64,000 nt of DNA, from the IMG/VR virus record IMGVR_UViG_3300042397_003635; one strand, 5' to 3'. This document shows positions 28,892 through 37,963 of the stretch, one piece after another (position 1 is the stretch's first letter; every line of letters starts with the position of its first letter). The position numbers were made by a program, and so were the translations under genes. The notes under the pieces are model-generated. The model saw only the letters and a list, made by a program, of their open reading frames with translations, did not search any database and was not told the DNA's origin. Source of the stretch: a virus (lineage: Duplodnaviria > Caudoviricetes).

Positions 28892-30082
28892 TTAATTACT
28901 TAGTGGTGCTTTAATTGAAGGATGTGATTTATAATTCTCTACTTTAAACGTAAAATCAGTATCAAACGTATTAATAATCTCATCTACTTCTAATAGGTGC
29001 CAATTTTTATTTCCAGAATTTATTACTAGCTTAGGTAATACATAAGGCTCTCTCTCGGCTATTCTGGGCACTCCCCATTGATCTATTTCTGAATGAGATA
29101 AGGTACTAGGGTCTCCACCAGTATAGATCTCATTGAACATCTCTTGAGTAACCATTGCTCTACGCTCGTCTAAACTGTATCGATGTCCAATCTGTTCTTG
29201 CGCTTGCTCTAGGTGATTTAAGTAAAGGTGAGTATCTCCTAAATTTCCAACTAACTGATCAGGTACCATATTAACCATCTTTGCAATAATTTCAAGTAAT
29301 AAACCATACGAAGCAATATTGAAAGGTAAACCTAAAAAAGTATCAACTGAACGCTGATTCCACATTAGGGAAACTGCTCTCTTTGGAGTTGAGTCTTTAG
29401 CAATTTCTTCAACAATATAGAGATTCTCTAATTCAACATCTGTATTTTTTAGAACCCATTGAACTTGTTCTTCCCATGTTAATTCTCTCGTATACATTTG
29501 AAATCCATAATGACAAGGTGGAAGAACCATATTATCAATTTCACCAACATTCCAAGCATTAACCATTAGTCGTCTTGAATCAGGATTTGTTTTAAGGTCG
29601 TTGATTAGGTTTTGGATTTGGTCTATATACTTAATACTTTCAGTATCTTCCCATTCAATCCCCCATCTTCTCCATTGCTTACCATAAATTGGTCCTAATT
29701 CGCCAAATTCTTTTGCAAAAGCATCATCAGTTTTAATGCGCTCAACGAAAGCTGGCATCTCCATTGGAATATAATATTTCGAATGAACTTTTGATAATTG
29801 ATTCACATAGTTTTTATATGCATCTCCATTCCAAATATTACAGCCATTTTGAACTAGGAATTGAATATTTGTATCTCCTCTTAGGAACCAAATTAGCTCA
29901 GTGACCATGGTTTTCCAAGCCATTTTCTTAGTAGTTAAGAGAGGAAATCCATCCTTCATATTATGACGAACCGTATAACCAAAAATAGATTTGGTTCCAG
30001 TTCCAGTTCGATCACCTTTGACAATTCCATGTTCTAAAATTGTTTTAAGCAGATCTTGATATTGAGTGTCTAAGTTATTCAT
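28892..30082 (-). CDS. thyA: Thymidylate synthase with insertions
   Basis: DRTGTG, LGPIYGKQWR, RRLMVNAWN, LPPCH, QRSVDTFLGLPFN, HLYLNH. Confidence 0.95.
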   Translation of the reverse strand: MNNLDTQYQDLLKTILEHGIVKGDRTGTGTKSIFGYTVRHNMKDGFPLLTTKKMAWKTMVTELIWFLRGDTNIQFLVQNGCNIWNGDAYKNYVNQLSKVHSKYYIPMEMPAFVERIKTDDAFAKEFGELGPIYGKQWRRWGIEWEDTESIKYIDQIQNLINDLKTNPDSRRLMVNAWNVGEIDNMVLPPCHYGFQMYTRELTWEEQVQWVLKNTDVELENLYIVEEIAKDSTPKRAVSLMWNQRSVDTFLGLPFNIASYGLLLEIIAKMVNMVPDQLVGNLGDTHLYLNHLEQAQEQIGHRYSLDERRAMVTQEMFNEIYTGGDPSTLSHSEIDQWGVPRIAEREPYVLPKLVINSGNKNWHLLEVDEIINTFDTDFTFKVENYKSHPSIKAPLSN

Positions 30083-30378
30083 ATATTTGCATCATATTTC
30101 TTTGCTAATCCAATTGCTCTAATTATGGTGAGAACTGCACCCATTACCATCCATACATAGTGCCTAAAACCCCAATGCCATTCTGGATCATGGAATCCAT
30201 TTCCTGCATAATTACAGCCTGTATAATGATAAGTATTTGGAATTGCTTCGCCGCTACCCTGACACAGCCAATCTCCAAAAAATTCTCTAAAGTATTCTGG
30301 AATAAAGGACACTAGCATTAATAACAGTCCAATCAATACTATGTCAATCATTAATTTTAAATTCTTACTCATTACCAC
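30079..30378 (-). CDS. Small two-TM membrane protein
   Basis: Two hydrophobic segments. Confidence 0.7.
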   Translation of the reverse strand: MVMSKNLKLMIDIVLIGLLLMLVSFIPEYFREFFGDWLCQGSGEAIPNTYHYTGCNYAGNGFHDPEWHWGFRHYVWMVMGAVLTIIRAIGLAKKYDANI

Positions 30379-30559
30379 CTATTTTTTTAATATTATAGGC
30401 ATAGCCCGAATCAGAATTTACTTGAAATCGTCTTCGCATTTCTTCAGCCTCAGTCTCATTTTCAAATTCCATTACTTCACTGTTACCATCTAACAAGATA
30501 ACTGGCAAGTGAGATGAACCATCAGAGGTTCTGACCATTTTTACAATTACGTAGCTCAT
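30365..30559 (-). CDS. Hypothetical protein
   Basis: 64 aa ORF, coupled to neighbours. Confidence 0.7.
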   Translation of the reverse strand: MSYVIVKMVRTSDGSSHLPVILLDGNSEVMEFENETEAEEMRRRFQVNSDSGYAYNIKKIGGNE

Positions 30560-30561
30560 AT

Positions 30562-30918
30562 TTAAAATTTTAAATCAATGTTTATATTGTTTGAGGTATT
30601 ACTCCAGAATTCATAAGTATCGCCATCTTTAAATTTATCGCGACCCTTTTCTAATTCTTTGGTAATCTTTTTAGCAAGTTCTTCAGTAAGCTTGCGTTTT
30701 TCAGCTTGGATTTCATTATTAATTTGAGTAATTACCTCATCTTCAAAATTAGCAGAAATTCCATCTTCTGTAACTAATACGGTTTTATCAGAATTAATTA
30801 CAAACCACTCAAATCCAGTTGTACAACCTGCTAAAAATAAGAGTCGACTTTGTGGATCTTCTCCATAAAAGTCGACTAGTCTATCAAATACTTTATGACC
30901 AATATCAATTACATCCAT
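30562..30918 (-). CDS. Hypothetical protein
   Basis: 118 aa ORF. Confidence 0.7.
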   Translation of the reverse strand: MDVIDIGHKVFDRLVDFYGEDPQSRLLFLAGCTTGFEWFVINSDKTVLVTEDGISANFEDEVITQINNEIQAEKRKLTEELAKKITKELEKGRDKFKDGDTYEFWSNTSNNINIDLKF

Positions 30919-31208
30919 TTTGTTTCCGAAGTTTTCTGATTGTATCTTTTTCTAATTAATTTACCCAATTCCATATCGTTTGGAGTTTCATTAATTAGAT
31001 CAGTTTGAATTACTAAGAAATTTCCTTGTATTGAATTCCAAAAAACTCGGCTTGCTTCGTTAAGAGCCTCTTCGTCTTTCATATAGGTAATATTACCAGT
31101 TTTATCAATTTCAATTAGTCTTTCGCCAGCATCATTAATTGTAAAAAGATATTCTGGTTGAACTAATTTAAGTTCACCAATTGGTTCTAAATTTTCGTGA
31201 TTGTCCAT
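30909..31208 (-). CDS. Hypothetical protein
   Basis: 99 aa ORF. Confidence 0.7.
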   Translation of the reverse strand: MDNHENLEPIGELKLVQPEYLFTINDAGERLIEIDKTGNITYMKDEEALNEASRVFWNSIQGNFLVIQTDLINETPNDMELGKLIRKRYNQKTSETKWM

Positions 31209-31264
31209 TATAGTAGGTTTAAGATATTTTACTATAGTTAATTACCAAAGTTTATGCATAAAAA

Positions 31265-31284
31265 AAGCTGCCCGAAAGCAGCTT
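31265..31284 (-). terminator. Intrinsic terminator after lysis-region genes
   Basis: aagctgc / gcagctt stem followed by T6 on minus strand. Confidence 0.7.
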
Positions 31285-31320
31285 ATTTAGAGTTGGAGCT
31301 CTAGGTTCCAAAGGAATCCT

Positions 31321-31860
31321 TTATTGTTTTTTCTTCTCAATATCAGAAGAAATTTTCTTTTTAAGTTGTTTAATTGAATTTAAGGCTTTACTATTATCAG
31401 TTCTTGTCTCAATTATAGTTGGTTCAGGTTCATCTGGTATTATTGAATATGCAACTTGAATAGTATCTTCAGTTGAGCTAGGCGAGCGTCTTATCATTCG
31501 ATTGCTAGTTTCTGCTCGTTTCTCAGTTCTAGTAATAGTGGTTTGTCCACGTTCCATTTCAATTTCAATTGAAGTAATAATGCCAAGAATTTCCTTTTCT
31601 TTTGCAATTAAGTCATTTGTGCAGCTACGTTGATTGTCTAATACTTGTTGTGTTAATTCTCCAACTCGTGAATTTAATTCAAAGATTTCAGTTTTTTGAC
31701 GATTTACCTTAAGGTTGAGTTCTTCATGGTCCATTGTAACACTATCGAATAGGCGTGGGCCAACTGTCATTAGTGTTATAGCAATTAGTAAAAATACCAG
31801 GGCAAAAAGTCTCTGCCCTGGTGTAATTGTAGTTAATATGTCTTTAATGTACTTAATCAT
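31321..31860 (-). CDS. Membrane-anchored coiled-coil protein (possible i-spanin-like)
   Basis: N-terminal TM plus long coiled coil, directly after endolysin-like gene. Confidence 0.5.
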   Translation of the reverse strand: MIKYIKDILTTITPGQRLFALVFLLIAITLMTVGPRLFDSVTMDHEELNLKVNRQKTEIFELNSRVGELTQQVLDNQRSCTNDLIAKEKEILGIITSIEIEMERGQTTITRTEKRAETSNRMIRRSPSSTEDTIQVAYSIIPDEPEPTIIETRTDNSKALNSIKQLKKKISSDIEKKKQ

Positions 31861-32453
31861 TATACAATATCCTTAGACTCAATTAGAGTGTAGGTAAATG
31901 ATTTACCATGGATTGCAGCGGCTTTTCTACAAAGAGCCATAAAATCTTCAAACTCAGCAGCCTTTTTAAATACTTGACATCCTTCTGACCAGTTTTCTAC
32001 ATAGGTAGAATCTGCTCCAGCTTTATGGATGTTAATACCAAAAATACCTTCTTGAATTTTGTTTTCATCGTATTCTAGATCTTTGTCTGCATCACGATAT
32101 ACTTTTACAGGTTTTTGTTGCTTAAGAGCTTCATATTTACCTTGGTGTAAACCTAGTGTATGCGAACCTCTATATTGACCTTCAACAAGTCTAGCAACTC
32201 CTGCTGCATTATGGTATTCCATAACACCCTTTTTACCTGGATCGGTTGTGGCCATCCAGCAATGAGATTTCCATTCGCCTCCTAGTTTATAGGATACTGT
32301 AATGCAATCATCGAATGCATTTGTAACTTTTTGACCAGTTGCTGAATTTCTAACTCCAACAATATTAAGATCATAGTCCTTTGCACCTTCAAACCAAACA
32401 TATCCCTTTGATTTTACTGCATTTTCAATCTGTTCTCTAGTGTAACAACTCAT
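31860..32453 (-). CDS. L,D-transpeptidase-like (YkuD-type) peptidoglycan hydrolase, putative endolysin
   Basis: GINIH...WSEGCQV His/Cys catalytic motif; NIVGVR, TTDPG. Confidence 0.65.
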   Translation of the reverse strand: MSCYTREQIENAVKSKGYVWFEGAKDYDLNIVGVRNSATGQKVTNAFDDCITVSYKLGGEWKSHCWMATTDPGKKGVMEYHNAAGVARLVEGQYRGSHTLGLHQGKYEALKQQKPVKVYRDADKDLEYDENKIQEGIFGINIHKAGADSTYVENWSEGCQVFKKAAEFEDFMALCRKAAAIHGKSFTYTLIESKDIV

Positions 32454-32472
32454 AATTTAAAAAATTTTTTAT

Positions 32473-33714
32473 TTAAAACCAATTTTTAGGATTGGCTTTC
32501 TTTGCAGCCTTTTCTAATTCCCTAGCGGCTTTATTTGCTGCATCTTCTGCCGCTCTTGCTGCTTGTTCAGCAGCTCTTTTAGTTTCTTCAGCTGCACGTT
32601 GAGCTTCTGCTGCAGCAACTCTAGCTGCTTCGTCTGCTACTCTTTTAGCTTCAGCCGCTTGTCTTTCAATTTCTCTAGCTGCCGCTGCTGCTTGCTCATC
32701 AGCAATACGTTTAGCTTCAGCTGCTTGTTTTCTAGCTTCTTCGGCTGCAGCCTTTGCAATACGATCCGCTTCTTCCGCGGCTCTTTGTGCTTCAGCTGCG
32801 GCAAGTTCTGCTGCTTTCTTAGCTTCCTCAGCCGCGATTTCAGCTTGTTTATGAGCCTCTTCTGCTGCTGCTTTTGCAATTTCATCTGCATTATTTGCAA
32901 GATCAATTGCTGGATTTAAGTCTAAATCAACATTAATATCAGCATCCAAACCTACTAATAAGGCGGCTTCTCCACTAATACCAATTGAAACTTCTCCATC
33001 ATTATATGTTGCATGAGCTTCACCTTCAACTCCAACCTGAACTCCGATACTTGCACCAACTTCAGCGCTTGCATCCGCATTACCAATTGGAGTATCAATA
33101 CCAGCAGATCCGCCAGCTTCAACTCCTGCTCCAGCTCCAGCCATTGCGCCACCACCTACGTCAACTCCATGCTCTCCAACTGAGGCATGTCCTTCAACTC
33201 CAGCATGTGCTTCAGCATAAGCTCCAGCATGACCTTCAGCGTCTGCTCCAACTTTAACTTCTCCAAGTGGAGTGTCTAATCCAGCTTCAGCATGGGCTTC
33301 AGCGCTAGCTTCAACTTCTACTCTAGCATCAACGCTAGCTCCAGCTTCGACTACTGCATCTGTTCCATTCCAACCTGCTTGGGCATGAGCTTCAGCATTT
33401 GCTTCTGCGCTTGCATGAGCCTCTGCATGAGCATCTGTTTCAGCTTCAACACTTACTCCTCCACCTAGTTCTTGACTAGCATGAGCTTCAGCGTTTGTTT
33501 CTGCTGATACTTCGGCACTTACGTGAGCCTCAGCTCCAGCATATGCCATTCCACCATCAATACCAGCTTCAGCACTTGCGCTTGCTTCAGCGTGTGCATC
33601 GTATGAGGCATCAGCGCTTGCGCCAACTTCTTCATTACCAGTTTGTGTAGATACTGAATCAGAAATTTCTACTGAAACTTCTGCCTCTACCTTAACTTCT
33701 TGAGTGTTTTCCAT
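32473..33714 (-). CDS. Ala/Glu-rich repetitive protein (beta-repeat N-part, EAAR coiled-coil C-part)
   Basis: 413 aa with AEAHASAEA-type alternation, then AAEEARK helical repeats. Confidence 0.8.
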   Translation of the reverse strand: MENTQEVKVEAEVSVEISDSVSTQTGNEEVGASADASYDAHAEASASAEAGIDGGMAYAGAEAHVSAEVSAETNAEAHASQELGGGVSVEAETDAHAEAHASAEANAEAHAQAGWNGTDAVVEAGASVDARVEVEASAEAHAEAGLDTPLGEVKVGADAEGHAGAYAEAHAGVEGHASVGEHGVDVGGGAMAGAGAGVEAGGSAGIDTPIGNADASAEVGASIGVQVGVEGEAHATYNDGEVSIGISGEAALLVGLDADINVDLDLNPAIDLANNADEIAKAAAEEAHKQAEIAAEEAKKAAELAAAEAQRAAEEADRIAKAAAEEARKQAAEAKRIADEQAAAAAREIERQAAEAKRVADEAARVAAAEAQRAAEETKRAAEQAARAAEDAANKAARELEKAAKKANPKNWF

Positions 33715-33722
33715 TTTTTATA

Positions 33723-34031
33723 TTATTTGTTTTTTAACTCTTGAATTGCATCTTCAACATACTTATCGCGTTGATCCTGTAAATACTTGATTCGTTCTAA
33801 CATATCTTCCTTATCTTCCTTTGCTGTTTGTTGAATATAAGTTTTTTGTTCTTCGTACAGCTTTTGCCAATATGCAACACGCTCTTCCATCATTACGCCC
33901 TGATACCAAATAACACCTACCATCAATATAATAGTAAAGGATTGTTCCTTTAGCTTTGAAAAGAATGTATCAGCAAATCCACTAACTGGACTCTGGTTTT
34001 CTGCCATTAGATTTTTATCTTTTTCCTTCAT
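33723..34031 (-). CDS. Single-TM coiled-coil protein (holin/antiholin-like candidate)
   Basis: One TM (FTIILMVGVIW); lysis-region context; alternative start MAENQ at 34007. Confidence 0.5.
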   Translation of the reverse strand: MKEKDKNLMAENQSPVSGFADTFFSKLKEQSFTIILMVGVIWYQGVMMEERVAYWQKLYEEQKTYIQQTAKEDKEDMLERIKYLQDQRDKYVEDAIQELKNK

Positions 34032-34398
34032 GAACCACCTTTAATCCATGGTTTCGGTCAATATACATGTATTCACATGACACTAAACCAAATTGTTCAA
34101 AGTGATCTAAAACTTCATCTGCTGAAAATTCAGAACAAGAGTAAATATCAAATTGAAAAAATGCTGGGTCGGCTTTATCCCAAACGTGAATGGCTGCATG
34201 TGATGTAGCTAAGGTAACTGTACCAGTAATACCTTCATTGCCAGGTTCATCTACATAAATTGAAGTTGGACCGGCTACAACAACCATTCTTACTTTTTTA
34301 ACAAGATCAGTTAGCCACTGATTTAAAATATCTTCATCTTTTGGAGGGTTTTGGATATAGCCTCTTACCAAAAGATGAAGATGATTAGGAGTGAACAT
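34015..34398 (-). CDS. speD: S-adenosylmethionine decarboxylase-like proenzyme (class 1B, pyruvoyl)
   Basis: HL...GITGTVTLATSHAAIHVW...FDIYSC. Confidence 0.8.
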   Translation of the reverse strand: MFTPNHLHLLVRGYIQNPPKDEDILNQWLTDLVKKVRMVVVAGPTSIYVDEPGNEGITGTVTLATSHAAIHVWDKADPAFFQFDIYSCSEFSADEVLDHFEQFGLVSCEYMYIDRNHGLKVVHEGKR

Positions 34399-34416
34399 TT
34401 TAAAATTCCTCGAAAA

Positions 34417-35253
34417 TTATTTTAATAGATTGTAATATTCGTTAAAGTGTTTAATACGATCATCAAGACCAATTGTACCACCATTAACTCTTTTAGTTAC
34501 AGCAGTAACGGTTGCAGTATCTGCACCTTTATCGCAAATTGACCAAAGTTTATTTGAATCAAAAAAGAATGCTGCAGAAGCTAAAGGATATTTAGTTGCA
34601 ACTAGGTCTGGATTAGCTACAGTATCTTCACCAATAAACTTAGCGAAATTTGTGTAGTTTGATTTTCCAGTTAATTGAATATAACCACGACCGCGGAATT
34701 TGAAACCATCTTTAGATGCTTCATTACCATTACCCATACGATCTGCATAAACTCTTGAAGCAATTTTCTCAGGATTACGAGCATAAGACTCATTTAGGTT
34801 ACCTGGGAAATATTTACCAAAGATTTTTTTAAGACCATCTGCTGAATAATTAACATTTTCGCTAACGGCTTTAAATCCGCCACTTTCATGACCACACTGT
34901 GCTAAGAAGTGAGCTAAACGCAAAGGAGTAGTAATATTAAATTTAGCAGCAGTATCAGGAATTTGCGCAAGAACTGCATCTGGTACATGACCTTTAAGCG
35001 CAGCTAATTTAAAAGAAGATGGTGGAATTGCGGCAGCAGGGGCTGCAGCTACAGGAGCAGCTGATTCGCTAATACCTAATTTTGCAAGTGTAGCAGGTCC
35101 AGCAATACCATCAGCAGTAAGACCGTTTGCGGTTTGCCATGCTTTTAATTTTGCTTCTGTACCAGGACCAAATGATCCATCTGCACCCGCACCTAATTTT
35201 TCTTGAAGTTTTTTAACTAAGTCTCCGGTAGAACCGATTTTAAGTACTGACAT
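34417..35253 (-). CDS. Endolysin: peptidoglycan-binding domain + GH19 catalytic domain
   Basis: DGSFGPGTE...ADGIAGPAT PG-binding motif; FLAQCGHESGG, FRGRGYIQLTG, TKRVNGG. Confidence 0.92.
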   Translation of the reverse strand: MSVLKIGSTGDLVKKLQEKLGAGADGSFGPGTEAKLKAWQTANGLTADGIAGPATLAKLGISESAAPVAAAPAAAIPPSSFKLAALKGHVPDAVLAQIPDTAAKFNITTPLRLAHFLAQCGHESGGFKAVSENVNYSADGLKKIFGKYFPGNLNESYARNPEKIASRVYADRMGNGNEASKDGFKFRGRGYIQLTGKSNYTNFAKFIGEDTVANPDLVATKYPLASAAFFFDSNKLWSICDKGADTATVTAVTKRVNGGTIGLDDRIKHFNEYYNLLK

Positions 35254-35264
35254 TTTGTTAAGTT

Positions 35265-35660
35265 TTATTTTTTAAAGAATAATTCAAAGATGATTCCAAT
35301 AAGTGCAGCGAAAATAATCCACATTGCTTTGTTAATACCGTCTTTCCACTTATTAACTTCATTAAGCACTTCAAACTTTTCGCGCATGCTTTTTTCATTA
35401 TCCTCTCTAAATTGAGTGTTTTTGTTTACTCTAACTACAACTCCTGTTTCAGGGTCAAGTAGGAGTTTTTTAATTTGACTAATGTCATCATGCAACTTTT
35501 CGTGAGATTCCTCAATTGCCTCAACCTTTTCTTGAATAATCTTTAGTTCACCATTGGGCATATGCTTACGGATATGGTCCAGTGCACCAAGGATTTCGTC
35601 CATCATTTGGCTAACCTCTTCGTTATTGCTTTTTCGACGTCTGATAGGCTGATCTGACAT
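35265..35660 (-). CDS. Coiled-coil protein with C-terminal TM (holin-like candidate)
   Basis: C-terminal hydrophobic helix; directly upstream of endolysin. Confidence 0.5.
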   Translation of the reverse strand: MSDQPIRRRKSNNEEVSQMMDEILGALDHIRKHMPNGELKIIQEKVEAIEESHEKLHDDISQIKKLLLDPETGVVVRVNKNTQFREDNEKSMREKFEVLNEVNKWKDGINKAMWIIFAALIGIIFELFFKK

Positions 35661-35681
35661 TTACCGTGTTCTAATTTTTTA

Positions 35682-35921
35682 TTAAGCTGTAGGTTCTTCT
35701 AGCATTTGAAGACCTTCTTCCCCTTGACCAGGTTCAACTGCAGGCTGTTCCATACTAGGTGCCATAGCTGGTTCAGCTTGAGGCATCATAGGCTCTTCCA
35801 TTGGTTGCTCTTGAGCAATTGGCATCTCTGGTTGCATCTCTGGTTGCATAGCTGGCATTGCATCAACTTGAGGTTGATCTTTTGCTACGAACTCATCGAA
35901 ACTCATGATACGATTATCCAT
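35682..35921 (-). CDS. Pro/Met/Gln/Glu-rich small putative internal protein
   Basis: MDNRIMSFDEFV start; TATAAATA at 35944-35951. Confidence 0.7.
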   Translation of the reverse strand: MDNRIMSFDEFVAKDQPQVDAMPAMQPEMQPEMPIAQEQPMEEPMMPQAEPAMAPSMEQPAVEPGQGEEGLQMLEEPTA

Positions 35922-35967
35922 TGTTTTTCGGTTTTATTTTTGTTATTTATACGCCAGGAAAAAAGAA

Positions 35968-35987
35968 AAAGGGCCGAAAGGCCCTTT
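35968..35987 (-). terminator. Intrinsic terminator
   Basis: aaagggcc / ggcccttt stem, 4-nt loop, T-tract on minus strand. Confidence 0.8.
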
Positions 35988-36010
35988 AAAAAATGTTGAT
36001 TTGCGTAATA

Positions 36011-36394
36011 TTAGAATCCTTGTTCACGACGTAATTGAGCTTCGTCATGATCCATTTGAATTTTAGTCATTCTGTCCATTTCCTCATCACTAATAGATTT
36101 ATTAAATACAATCCTAGGGTACCAATATCTATCATCATCACTATCAAATTCATTATATGATTGATCTTTGTCAACTGAATATCCTTGAGATTCAACCCAT
36201 TGCATCATTTGCGAAAATTCTTCAGGATGAATATCGCCTCTAACCTGAATAGTAATTTTACCATGAGTAGAATACGTATCAGAGTAAGCTCTAACACCAA
36301 ATTGCTCACTAAAGTCCTTACCTAATTGTTCTTCTTGATATTCTCCATATGATTCGGTGATATATTGACCAAATGGCTTAATATGTTTTGACAT
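36011..36394 (-). CDS. Putative internal head protein
   Basis: MSKHIKPFGQYITE start; GATAAATA at 36415-36422. Confidence 0.7.
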   Translation of the reverse strand: MSKHIKPFGQYITESYGEYQEEQLGKDFSEQFGVRAYSDTYSTHGKITIQVRGDIHPEEFSQMMQWVESQGYSVDKDQSYNEFDSDDDRYWYPRIVFNKSISDEEMDRMTKIQMDHDEAQLRREQGF

Positions 36395-36432
36395 TATTTA
36401 AAAATAATTTTTATTATTTATCTGAAAAGAAA

Positions 36433-36458
36433 AAAGGAGAATCTTTCGATTCTCCTTT
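36433..36458 (-). terminator. Terminator after tRNA-Ser(UGA)
   Basis: aaaggagaatc / gattctccttt perfect stem. Confidence 0.8.
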
Positions 36459-36459
36459 G

Positions 36460-36544
36460 CGGAGGCGGTAGGATTCGAACCTACGGTACCTTGCGGTACA
36501 ACAGTTTTCAAGACTGCCGCGATCGACCACTCTGCCACACCTCC
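36460..36544 (-). tRNA. tRNA-Ser(UGA)
   Basis: Cloverleaf, long variable arm, CT-TGA-AA loop, GGTTCGAATCC. Confidence 0.95.
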
Positions 36545-36557
36545 AATTAAATATAAC

Positions 36558-36785
36558 TTACCTATTTACTATCATTTCATGCATTCGGTTAAGATCAGAG
36601 TTATCATATATTAGGATCTTTTCATCTCCAACTCGACCGACTGCCCTTAATCCGCAACCTTCACAAATAATTCCGTCTTGATAGTGTTCATCCATCAGAC
36701 TACCAAAAATTTGATCTGTGTCGATGTCTGGTGGAAACTCATCTCCCCACATTTCAGGGGCGCATTTGTCACAAAATTCTGCCAT
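36558..36785 (-). CDS. Small CxxC...CxxC protein
   Basis: FCDKC...ICEGCG. Confidence 0.7.
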   Translation of the reverse strand: MAEFCDKCAPEMWGDEFPPDIDTDQIFGSLMDEHYQDGIICEGCGLRAVGRVGDEKILIYDNSDLNRMHEMIVNR

Positions 36786-36889
36786 AGTTTAAAATTTACC
36801 CCATTGGGATTTATGTCTATTTTCTTCAGCTATCTTGAATCCAAGTAGAATCTCTTTAACAATAGCTTTAATTTTAGTTATTATATTTT

Positions 36890-37963
36890 TCATAATAGGT
36901 GTGGTTTGGCTTCTGTTTGACCAGCATTAGTTATTTGTACCCATTTTGGATGGAAAGTTGCAAGTGATTCTGCACCGGCATAGGATAGAGCAGATTTTAC
37001 TCCATCAATTAGGCCTTCTACAATAAATTTAACTCCACCTTTAAATGGAACAATAGTTGATTCGCCTTCAACATTACGTTGAGCTTGACCGTGAACGGTT
37101 TTAGTTTCTAATGAGGCTGCTCCTCTATACCGCTTATACAAACCAGTTGACTTTTCAACAATTTGACCTGGACTTTCTGAAGTTCCAGCTAGGAGAGAGC
37201 CTAACATTACTGTACTTGCGCCTAGTGCTAGGGCTTTTGCAATATCTCCACTAGTTTTAATTCCGCCATCTGCCATTACTGGAGTTTTTGCAACTGCAAC
37301 AATATCATTAACACAGGTTACGTTTGGAATTCCAAATCCAGTTTTAATTCGCGTTGTGCAAAGGGATCCTCCACCAATTCCAACCCGTAAACCATCTGCT
37401 CCCCATGATTCTAAATCTTGAGCTGCTTCTGCAGTTGCAATATTTCCTGCAATAATATCAACATGTTCGGGTAAATTTTCTTTACACCATTCAATCATGG
37501 CTTTTACATTTTTGTGATGCCCGTGTGCAACATCAATTAAGAGGATATTTGCACCAGCTTCCACTAGTGCTTTAGCTCTATCCATATCGCTTGCCATTAC
37601 TCCGATTGCTGCCATAATTGGAACCTGTTTAATTTCAGCGTGCCAATCATCATACATAATTCCCCAATCTTCGTATGGTCCACCAAATCCATCACCATAA
37701 ATTTTATGACTTAGTAGTTTAACCTGTTTAGCCTGCTCTTCAATTGGCATAAATCTGTGAATACAGCCGACTCCTCCTAAAAGAAACATTCTAAATGCCA
37801 TTTCCAATTCGCACACAGTGTCCATTGGCGACGCAACTAGAGGTCGCATTAAACCATAGCGGCGACTTACTAGAGTTTGTAAGTTAATGTTTTGACGACT
37901 TGAAACCTCTGAATAACCAGGTACAAGTTGAATATCGTCATATGTAAGGGCAATATTATTCAT
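36890..37963 (-). CDS. IMP dehydrogenase / GMP reductase family (no CBS subdomain)
   Basis: ASPMDTV, IDVAHGH, GIGGGSLCTTR, ADGGIKTSGD, YRG; probable start MNNI at 37963. Confidence 0.9.
   Translation of the reverse strand: MNNIALTYDDIQLVPGYSEVSSRQNINLQTLVSRRYGLMRPLVASPMDTVCELEMAFRMFLLGGVGCIHRFMPIEEQAKQVKLLSHKIYGDGFGGPYEDWGIMYDDWHAEIKQVPIMAAIGVMASDMDRAKALVEAGANILLIDVAHGHHKNVKAMIEWCKENLPEHVDIIAGNIATAEAAQDLESWGADGLRVGIGGGSLCTTRIKTGFGIPNVTCVNDIVAVAKTPVMADGGIKTSGDIAKALALGASTVMLGSLLAGTSESPGQIVEKSTGLYKRYRGAASLETKTVHGQAQRNVEGESTIVPFKGGVKFIVEGLIDGVKSALSYAGAESLATFHPKWVQITNAGQTEAKPHLL

Noticed and set aside
2236-35999. Short track ORFs overlapping long genes (e.g. 2236, 6267, 10909, 13933, 21297, 21529, 22813, 23521, 25301, 25554, 26957, 27019, 27649, 27654, 27840, 32563, 32637, 32955, 32985, 35706)
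   Set aside because: Fully nested in or antisense to well-supported genes; low-complexity translations of repetitive codons
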